DNA of 64,000 nucleotides, from assembly GCA_964106915.2 (NCBI GenBank), contig OZ066914.1; one strand, 5' to 3'. A model generated the notes under the pieces. That model worked only from the letters and a program-made list of their open reading frames with translations. It did not search any database and was not told the origin of the DNA. Below, piece by piece: positions 55,035 through 64,000 of this stretch. This DNA comes from Podarcis gaigeae (lineage: Eukaryota). Position numbers and translations under genes: made by a program. The number at the start of each line of letters is the position of its first letter. The stretch's first letter is position 1.

Positions 55035-55289
55035 GAGAGCCGGTGTGGTGTAGTGGTTAAGAGCGGCAGACTCGTAATCTGGTGAACTGGGTTCGCTTCC
55101 CCGCTCCTCCACATGCAGCTGCTGGGTGACCTTGGGCCTGTCACACTTCTCTGAATTCTCTCAGCCCCGCTCACCTCACAGAGTGCTTGTTGTGGGGGAG
55201 GAAGGGAAAGGAGAATGTTAGCCGCTTTGAGACTCCTTAGGGTAGTGATAAAGCAGGATATCAAATCCAAACTCTTCTTCTTCTTCTTC
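55035..55289 (+). mobile_element. tRNA-derived SINE with (CTT)n tail (Squam3-like)
   Basis: A-box tggtgtagtgg, B-box-like gggttcgcttccc, CORE-like gtgaccttgggc. Close paralogue at 4349-4619. Confidence 0.85.
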
Positions 55290-58272
55290 AAATGCCCAGC
55301 AGCCACACACTGGATGAACTACTGAAAGCAACAACAACTATTTATTTCATGTATGTCTGTGGAAAATTTCTCAGAAAACCCACTTCTGTCTATTGCAGGA
55401 GGCATGGGGAGAGACTTGCCAGCAAGGCAAAACCCCCTCCGAAAAAAAAAATCAAATTATCTCTCAAGAAAACCAAATTTTGTGTTCATAATTGATGTGA
55501 GTCATCATGCCATCACACTACTGAAGGTGTCTCTTAGTTAGCATGGAGCAGACCGTCCTCTCTGCATGTATGTATGGATCAGCCCTCGCAAAGCAATCAC
55601 CAGATAGAAATTCCATACAATCAATTATCATTAGGATGCATTTCAATGGAGAATGAGAGTCTTTAGGGAATGAGACATCAGGTATGATCATGCCTATGCG
55701 AATGAAACCAAAATTTCATTATTCACTTCTGTCCTGCTGCTCCACCGATGTGCCCACAGCGTGAATAAAAGAACAATACACTATAGAGATAGAAGCACAA
55801 TTACTGAAAACCATCTAAAAACAGTAAGAGTCTACCTATGAGAAAACCATCAGCAGATGTTACAATTGGTAGCATTTAAGCATTGGAAACATTGTCCTCA
55901 ATATTCGTTTATTTTTGGCTTTTGTATGCTGCCTCTTAACATTATGTTCTTTTACTTGCAATAAATAGTAACGTTCCTCCTGGTTTCTCCCCTAGAGTCA
56001 TGCTTTAAGAAAACAACGGAAAACATAAATTATCGGGAATTCAAATTATGCTATTGCACATACAGGAACTCTATAAAGTAGGGGCACTATAGGTGGGCTG
56101 TTTAGTTGTGCAAAATTTGGTTGCTATCCTGCACTTCCTAGTGTAATTATCTAGTGTCAGTCTGATAAGGAAACTGACTGGAAAATCACAGTTGAAAGTG
56201 AGGGATAACAACCACTATCTTGCAAGGTTATGTAACCTCTGTGTCAGCATATCAGGATAAATGCTCAATAAGTAGGCAATGTTGAGCAACATCGGTGCAT
56301 GTTTTGTGCAAACTTAATGGCATCAATGCTCAATAAACAGTGAGCCTGGAAGCTCCTTAAGTCTGACCCACTTTAGGCTAAGCAATGCCTAGTAGACGTG
56401 AAATCCAAACAAAAATGGTCCTCTGGAGATCCAATTGGATCTCCAGGATTCTATTCATACACAGCAATATTTTCATGATAAAAACTGCTTTCCTCTTAAA
56501 TGTGCTTCTTTTGAGTTTAACATCATATGCATGCTAATCTTTCCTAAATCGATTCTTTTAAACTCGTTCATTAACTACCTGTCTTCCAGAACTTCTAATG
56601 GAAACCTGTTGGTTAGATGTTTTCAATTAGCACAAGTTCATTCATGAATCAGTGCTTCAGTTAAAGCAGCCAAATGCTTGCCTAATAGAATTTATTTTCC
56701 TGATTTGGCCTAATTGACCCTGAAAACTGAAATGGTGCTTCTGAAGACAAGTAGGAAGGTTTTACACACTGATAAAAGAGAGGGGGGAAATGCTCTATTA
56801 TTGTAATATTCCCTTCTTCCGATGCCCTCAGACAGGTACGTAGAGATAACTTGTACCTGTGCTCAAGATGACATGTGAACAAGTCCAATGGGAGTGGGGG
56901 AATATGGGCCTACCGAGGATCTCTTACACACAACTGACAAAAACATGGGTTAGGCTCCTGGATTACTTACACAGAATATGAAGGCAAAGGAGAGCTTTTG
57001 ACAACATGTGTGTGAGAGCATGTGTGTACAGGCACAGGCACTTACATAGCTACACATGCTAAGGTGATGATCCTTAGAATGCGGAGTGTCCCTGTTTTCA
57101 CCTAGAAAATGTCTGGTGGCCTGCGTGATGCAACAGGTGCAGTATAAAACCATCTTGCTTTCTAAAGACCACAGGACAGACTTGGATGGCAGGCTGATTT
57201 AACTCCAGCTGCATAAACAACGGAGTGTCTTTTACAGGATTAGGCCTCCTGCCTTAACGCTGCTTCCCATAAGGAAGAAAGCACTATTAAAAAGGCCACT
57301 GATCCCCTTTCAAGAGAAAGATGCCACGTTTGTAATTTTTGAAAACATCCAGGCTTTAAAGCCCATTCTCCAATCTCTTGTCCCTGGCTTAGGCTTTCAT
57401 CTCTGCACACCTGCACACCATTGTGATTTGTTAGCATTTTGTACCCACTTAATGATTTCACAGGTGCGAGACATGGAAGAATCAGCCCATTGATCTCTGC
57501 TGCTGGGCCCATCTCCGCAAAGCGTACATCCCCCCCCCCACATTTCCTCCTCCCTCCCTTCCAACACAGCTGTTTTTCCACATCTTTGTTGCATAAATAC
57601 ACTTTGAAAATGATAGTGTAATTAAGCACACTTAAATCATTACCATAATTAGGACCTGTGTTGCAATTATTAAAAAAAAAGTTTTGTAACTATGTAACCC
57701 CAATAAAAGCTGAAATCTTAACTGGAGGAAGGTATTAAAAATTAACGTAGAAGAGCAACATTTTCCACGTGGTGTGTGTATGTTCCTTTCTCATCAGGAA
57801 CAGGAAGAGAGAAAGAGAGAGACAGGTGACGAGAGAGACACCGTAACTGAACAAATCACAGGGACAACAAAGTAATGAAGTGGCATTAAGCTTACATTAC
57901 TAGGATGATTATAGGCATAATTGGAAAATACAGATTAAACCTTAAGCTTTCTCAGTAATTAAGGAGCAATTCCTTAGGGGCTGGTCACACAAACCAATTT
58001 TGTAGTTCCACAGTGATCCTCTATGACTATGTTATACTACAAGAGTTGTGGGAATGGCTTGGATACAAAAACGGCTCCAGAAATGGAAACAGTCCCCTGA
58101 AGTTCTCAGGAAGTTCTCTGTCTCAGGACCCAGTTACACAGCTGAACATAAAATGTTTTAAATGTGTTGTAAAGTGCAATATATAAATGTGACACTAGAT
58201 GGCGATAGTGAGCTATGAAAAATTCAGTGTGTTTTTCAAAACGTATATATATATATATATATAAACGTATAT

Positions 58273-58791
58273 ATGCAGGTTTTGGTGTCCTCGGGTGTCT
58301 TCCCGTGTAAAAGTTGGGGTGTCTAGGCGACGTTTCGACGAGGTCTCACTCGTCATCTTCAGGCTGGTGCTTTCGGCTTCTTGTTACTGGAACAGAGCGG
58401 GATCTCAATGTTTGAGTTCCTATAAATACTGTAGAGGGGGTGTGGTGTCTAGCCTCCAATGTTCTGGGCAGAGAGGAAGTTCCCAGGCTAGTGTGCCTTT
58501 TCTTCTTTTGTTCCTTAATTACTTGAGAGATACCTTGAGTGATTTCTTGAGTGATATCCTGAGTACCACTTAGGTGGGTCATTAGGTGTGGATTAGTTGC
58601 TAAAGTCTTTGTGTCTTGACCTCTTGAACTTTGTGAAGAGTTTTCCTGAGAAGATGGCTGTATTGCACTTAGTTGTGCTTTGGCTTGGCTTCGTGTATAG
58701 GGGCGAGCTGTTGTTTTGTGGCTTGTGTCAGCCAGATCTGTGTAGGGATTGCAGGGGGGTGCAGCATCCGGAGGTGCCACCATGGATTGGC
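58273..58791 (-). repeat. Left (inverted) pLTR arm, 519 bp
   Basis: Mirror coordinates sum to 118552 at both ends and internally. Translations in three frames are identical to those of the right arm. Confidence 0.95.
58327..58364 (-). ncRNA. Second copy of the minimal hammerhead core, in KCNH7-sense orientation
   Basis: Exact reverse complement of 60188-60225. Predicted cleavage between 58329 and 58328. Confidence 0.85.
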
Positions 58792-60206
58792 CACACGGGA
58801 AGGAAAAACTGGATAGCTTCCTCACACATCTCAACAACTTACACCCCAAAATACAATTCAGTATGGAAATAGAAGCCAACAACCAACTTCCCTTCCTTGA
58901 CGTCCTAATCTACAAAAAACCTGATGGCTCCCTAGGACACACTATCTACCGGAAAAAAACACACACCAACCGCTACTTACATGCACAATCACACCACCAC
59001 CCTGCACAAATAAACTCCGTAGCCAAGACTCTCATCTCCAGAACCAAACGCCTGGCTGACAAAGACCACTTGACAACTGAGTTACAGAATCTCTCAAATG
59101 TGTTAATTGCCAATGGATACCAGCAAAACAGGATTACGAAGCTAATCCAAAAGGAAACACCCCCCAAAAACCAAGACACAGAAGAAAACAATGGCATGGC
59201 CCTCCTTCCTTATATCAAGGGCACTACCTATAAAATTAGCAAAATCCTCCATAAACACAATATCAAAACAGCCTTTTGCACCAACCAAAAAATAGCCAAT
59301 ATCCTCAGAAACCCCAAGGATAAAATCCAGTTGGAAAACCAAGGGATCTATGAAATACCCTGCAAAGTCTGCCCAGCCACGTACATTGGACAAACAAACA
59401 GACGAATAAATGCACGTATCGCAGAACACAAGAATGCCGTCAAAAAAGAAGAAAAAACTTCCTCTCTTTTCCAACACATGAAAGAAACAGGACACGAAAT
59501 TAATTTTGCAGATTCCAAATTGCTCTTTAACACGGAACATCACCACAAGAGAATAATCATGGAAGCCATCGAGATAGAGAAACACCCTCACAACATGAAC
59601 AAGCGTGACGACACATCCCGCTTGCCAGACATCTGGAAATTAGCCCTCCCCACAAAAACTGACACCAGATCCAGAGGCACACAGAACGCCAACACCAATC
59701 AACCACACCAGACCCAAACCCAGACCCTCTCCACAGATGAATTACTGACACCATCCAGTAGCCAATCCATGGTGGCACCTCCGGATGCTGCACCCCCCTG
59801 CAATCCCTACACAGATCTGGCTGACACAAGCCACAAAACAACAGCTCGCCCCTATACACGAAGCCAAGCCAAAGCACAACTAAGTGCAATACAGCCATCT
59901 TCTCAGGAAAACTCTTCACAAAGTTCAAGAGGTCAAGACACAAAGACTTTAGCAACTAATCCACACCTAATGACCCACCTAAGTGGTACTCAGGATATCA
60001 CTCAAGAAATCACTCAAGGTATCTCTCAAGTAATTAAGGAACAAAAGAAGAAAAGGCACACTAGCCTGGGAACTTCCTCTCTGCCCAGAACATTGGAGGC
60101 TAGACACCACACCCCCTCTACAGTATTTATAGGAACTCAAACATTGAGATCCCGCTCTGTTCCAGTAACAAGAAGCCGAAAGCACCAGCCTGAAGATGAC
60201 GAGTGA
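58782..60206 (+). CDS. Uninterrupted 474-aa ORF: PLE RT thumb/linker, GIY-YIG endonuclease and pLTR-encoded low-complexity tail; lacks the RT catalytic YxDD
   Basis: Lies in ORF 58749..60206. The first ATG, at 58782, is in GCCACCATGG and comes from the inverted arm. No stops. Expression is not shown. Confidence 0.7.
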   Translation: MDWPHGKEKLDSFLTHLNNLHPKIQFSMEIEANNQLPFLDVLIYKKPDGSLGHTIYRKKTHTNRYLHAQSHHHPAQINSVAKTLISRTKRLADKDHLTTELQNLSNVLIANGYQQNRITKLIQKETPPKNQDTEENNGMALLPYIKGTTYKISKILHKHNIKTAFCTNQKIANILRNPKDKIQLENQGIYEIPCKVCPATYIGQTNRRINARIAEHKNAVKKEEKTSSLFQHMKETGHEINFADSKLLFNTEHHHKRIIMEAIEIEKHPHNMNKRDDTSRLPDIWKLALPTKTDTRSRGTQNANTNQPHQTQTQTLSTDELLTPSSSQSMVAPPDAAPPCNPYTDLADTSHKTTARPYTRSQAKAQLSAIQPSSQENSSQSSRGQDTKTLATNPHLMTHLSGTQDITQEITQGISQVIKEQKKKRHTSLGTSSLPRTLEARHHTPSTVFIGTQTLRSRSVPVTRSRKHQPEDDE

Positions 60207-60279
60207 GACCTCGTCGAAACGTCGCCTAGACACCCCAACTTTTACACGGGAAGACACCCGAGGACACCAAAACCTGCAT
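59761..60279 (+). repeat. Right pLTR arm, 519 bp; includes four 12-bp tandem units at 59988-60035
   Basis: Reverse complement of 58273-58791. Tandem units: actcaggatatc / actcaagaaatc / actcaaggtatc / tctcaagtaatt. Confidence 0.95.
60188..60225 (+). ncRNA. Minimal type I hammerhead ribozyme core (PLE-associated)
   Basis: gc-CUGAAGA-U-GACGAG(ugagac)CUCGUC-GAAAC-GUC-gc: conserved core, perfect 6-bp stem II, palindromic ACGU stem III. Predicted cleavage after 60223. Confidence 0.85.
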
Positions 60280-63101
60280 TCCTGTACCCGTGAAAATCTA
60301 CGAAAGCAAACGTATATATATATATATATATATATATAAATTTTCACAGCGTTTTTAAATATGTGTTTTGAGTCCACCTCTGTCTCTGTCCCCGTCTCTC
60401 TGTCTCTCTATGTGTGTGAGAGACAGAAAGAGATGGGGAGGGCAGGGAAAACGAAAATGTTATGTACTATTGTGCCCCTTTCTTCAAAGTTTGAGGGTCA
60501 GAATCTCCTTTAAAAAAAATCATTAAAAAGGGAGGGATGTCAGGTTTTTGCATTTCAGCTTTCTTTAATAAAAGGTACTTTTTTGTGCCCTAGGGAAGAC
60601 TTGTCTCTTCCTGACAATCACTGCCAAGACCCCATCTGAACTTGTCAGTGTAAAATATGTAGCAACTGGGCTGTTCTTCTGAGCTGGTTGTCAAGAAAGA
60701 TGAATAGGACAGAAGGATATAAAAAGCAAATTGATACCCACTCCCTTGCCCAAGAGTTATAGTCTGGCTTAGGACATCTGGAAATTAGGTGGTATATGAT
60801 GAAGTGCACAGTTCACAAGATTCTCTTTTCAGGCTGCTTTCCACTGCCATTAGCTATACACTATGGAATTAACCTTGTCCTCAAGATTTCAATCTACAGC
60901 ATGGAATAAGGTATAATAAGTATAGCTATATTTAAATTCCTGCTTCACCATATTGTTTAGAACACGGATTGCCAACCTATTTGGAGTCCGAATTTTGAGA
61001 GTGTTCTGTGGGTGCCAGTCACAAAATGGCTTCCATGGGGATGTGGTGTAAACCAGGGTTTTTTTCCAGGCAGAACTCACTGGAACTCAGTTCCAGCACT
61101 TCTCAGATTGCCCACCAGTGCCATTATAAGAGGAGGCGTTCATGGTGAACTCTGGCACCTCTTTTTCTAGAAAAATAGCAAAATTAGGGACAAAATTAGG
61201 CTCTCCCAAACCCAGACAACTCACTGTTTTCTATGGGATTTCAGCCGCGTCCTGCTGGCACTGATTGTGGAGATACAGCTGTTAATGGCACAATAATCCA
61301 GTTTCCCCCAATGCCAATTCCAAACCTTGGCTGCCATCCTTTATCCACTTAGCTGGCATTCATCCCCATTAAACAAAAGTGACTGACTTCTGAGTAGACA
61401 TGCTTGCCATTATGCTGCAAGTTAACTATACATTGATTCCTTCACGAGTGCCTGGCTTTAGGTCCTGCACAGCAGCTGATATGCTGAGACATCTTTGCAA
61501 AGTTTTTATGTTTTGCATTTGCCACCTGGGGAGGGGATTACGGTATTATACACCCTCCCACATTATTGCATAGTATCATTTGCAGAAAATAATATCTAGG
61601 GGTCTAGGGATGATCTGAACTCAAACAGACACACCACAGGAAAGATGCATCTTGACTACAATCTGGCTTGTCTCATCTCACGGAAATCGCTTACTGTAGA
61701 AGGGTTCCTACACATTTTGCTTTATAACTTTCCTTTCAGTAAGGCTATACTTTTATTTTTTAAGTTGAAAGCTTTGAGTCTGCAGCCGTTGTCCTAGGGG
61801 GTATCAATGAAGGCCTTCAGAGGTGTCATGGGACCCACAAACAATGTGCTGACAACCCCTGATTTAGGATTCACCAGCAGTTAGCCATTTTAGCATGCCA
61901 ACACAAGCACACACTCAATCCTTTTGGAATAGCACATAAGAACGCACGACTAAAATGCATCCACCAAAATGACAAACACAGATAACATTTACAACTTAAT
62001 AAATTCACAGAACTTAATCTTCAGACAGTGGGACAGATCACCAGTGCTGCTAATTCCTATTTGGAAAATTTGCATACTGAATAATTACCACCTGGAATAA
62101 CAAATGCTGTGTGAGGCAGACTGGATTGGACAGGTGATAAATATTTGCACATCTGGTAGTATTAAAATGGGGGGGGGGGACTGTGCTAAATCAAAAAGAT
62201 CCACTGAACACCCCACCACCTGTTCAGTTGGCCTCACATGCTTCTTTTTGTTTCTTTCCCTTGCAACATTAAAATTATGTACTGACATTCTCCTTCCATT
62301 GGTGGCTGGCACAGTAGGCTGGGTGTCATTTACAAGGCCCCACTTTATAACCACATGGCATGCTGCTGATAACTGAGAGGGCAGGTTGGTGCAGTGAAAG
62401 GAAGAGTCAGGAGTGTCAGGTTGGCTCTGCTGCTGCTCTCGCACTGTGTTGACCTTTCTGCCACCTTGCCTCTCACCCTCCCAGTTACCAGAAGTGACCA
62501 CAGCATTGGGAAGCCAAGTTAGCAATGTCCCTCCTGCTTCATCCCGCTGGCCACTGCTATATTTTTCACTGAAGTTCTTCAAATTTTACTCTGCCCTTCT
62601 CTGCCCAGGAAGATCAAAGGCAAGGCCGCAGCATCAATAAAAGGGACACCACATTTTCTTTATGTGGCAGAAGAAAATGAAGTGAACAACGAAGAGCAAA
62701 TGTGTGACACCGTCACTGCCAATAGGTGTAGCATTTAAGGCCATGGGATGCAATGTTGACACCCCATTCATGTATATGAACATAAGGAGCTGCCTTATAT
62801 CAGATCAGACAATTTGCCCATCTAGCCCCGGACTGTCTTACTCTGACCAGCAATGATTGTCCAGGGTCTTGGGCAAAGGTCTTTCCCATCACCTGTAACC
62901 TGAAGGTTCAGGATAAAGGGTCAGGGTGATGGGGAAACCTCATATGGGTTGTAACAGTCCCGTCAAAACGGGAACAACTCTAAATTTCAGGGGTTCCTCA
63001 AACTCTAAGCAGATGGAATAGATTGCCAGTTCAGAGTAGTATAGGAAGCTGTCTGATGCCAAATCATTCGCACACCTGATCTAGCTCAGAATTGTCCACA
63101 C

Positions 63102-63217
63102 CAGGTGTGCAAAACCTTTGGCCTGCCAGATATTGCTGAACTACAATTCCCAATGGTCAACGGCCATAATTGATGTAGTTCAAAAACATCAGGAGGGCCA
63201 AAGGTTAGCCACACCTG
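63102..63217. mobile_element. hAT MITE nested in a tRNA-derived SINE (about 63040-63335, minus strand)
   Basis: caggtgtgc...gccacacctg termini. TSD gtccacac/gtctatac matches 6 of 8. Confidence 0.65.
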
Positions 63218-63846
63218 GTCTATACTGACAGGTAGCTTTTGGATAGGGCTCTCTTCCAGCACTATGTGGAGATGCTGGGATTTGAAGCTGGGACCTTCTG
63301 CAAGCAAAGCAGATGCTGTACTACTGAGCTATGACCCTGCCCCAAGTTCCTTGGGGGCAGAGACCTGTCTTCTCATACTCTGTAAAGTGTCACACACACA
63401 GCGTGCTGAAGGCACTGAGCACACAAAAACTGGGAATGATGAATGAGAAAAGGTTATACGTGGGAAGGAAACCACTCCTTGATTCTTTGTTTCTTTCTCA
63501 TCCTCAGAAGAAATACTGTAAAGCAAGCACCAGGACCAGAATTTTATAAAACTATAAAGAGAATAGAAACATGAGCTAAATTGCCCTGGAAGCATTCTGT
63601 GAAGTATTCTTGGCATCTTGGGGAGCACTTCAAATTTAATTTTAAATTTAGTGAGCTGTAGAGTTCCTGGCAAGTCAGACTGTCCTAAACTGATTCTGCC
63701 AGGGTCTTGTATAAATGTGTAAATGATTATGTTATTCATTTAAGTGTAGATCAATTTCCCCCCTTTAAGACACTAATCTCTGATATGGAATAGCTAGTGA
63801 ATTGGAATTGCATATTTTGGCATTAATTTATCACACCAGCATGAAG

Positions 63847-63912
<66 letters not shown>

Positions 63913-64000
63913 GAAACTGGATTTACGCTATCTATACAAGTAGATTCTGCAAATATGCAGCAAAATGATCTCCATGTTCAACAAGACATTCTGGATTAGA

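Larger units (their letters stand above)
58273..60307 (+). mobile_element. Penelope-like retroelement (Penelope/Poseidon-type), 5'-truncated, with inverted pseudo-LTR
   Basis: Contains the RT C-terminal part (WPHG...LPFLDVLI...YRKKTHTNRYL...HHP) and a GIY-YIG endonuclease with an internal CxxC (GIYEIPCKVCPATYIGQT...EH...H...H...E...N). There is no extra Cys knuckle between RT and EN. 58273-58791 is the reverse complement of 59761-60279. AAACG(TA)n flanks both sides. Confidence 0.94.

Noticed and set aside
58346-58882. 178-aa minus-strand ORF as a separate gene
   Set aside because: It is the inverted copy of the PLE ORF's C-terminal tail.
62085-62640. 165-aa ORF and overlapping ORFs as a possible upstream KCNH7 exon
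   Set aside because: No resemblance to ERG N-terminal sequence and no recognisable domain.

Overview
Eukaryotic DNA, not prokaryotic. The repeat content (a Sauria SINE, tRNA-derived SINEs, CR1/L2/RTE fragments, Tc1/mariner and hAT MITEs) points to a squamate reptile, probably a lacertid lizard (inference). The window lies within a KCNH7 (ERG3/Kv11.3) potassium-channel gene on the minus strand. Eight coding exons with GT-AG boundaries (426, 400, 200, 253, 206, 100, 252 or 249, and 169 bp) splice into one open frame covering S1-S6, the SVGFGN pore, the C-linker, the CNBHD and part of the C-terminus. The N-terminal and final exons lie outside the window. The most notable accessory feature is a very young, 5'-truncated Penelope-like retroelement (about 58273-60307) in the large upstream intron. 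It has a 519-bp inverted pseudo-LTR, and each arm carries a minimal hammerhead ribozyme core, one of them in the sense orientation of the KCNH7 pre-mRNA. The inversion junction places a perfect Kozak ATG (GCCACCATGG), with a TATA motif upstream, in frame with an uninterrupted 474-aa RT-thumb/GIY-YIG endonuclease ORF. A TA-flanked pogo/Tc2-like MITE carrying a GC-rich hairpin minisatellite lies at 29223-30183. Repeat family names are from recognition, not from a database search.
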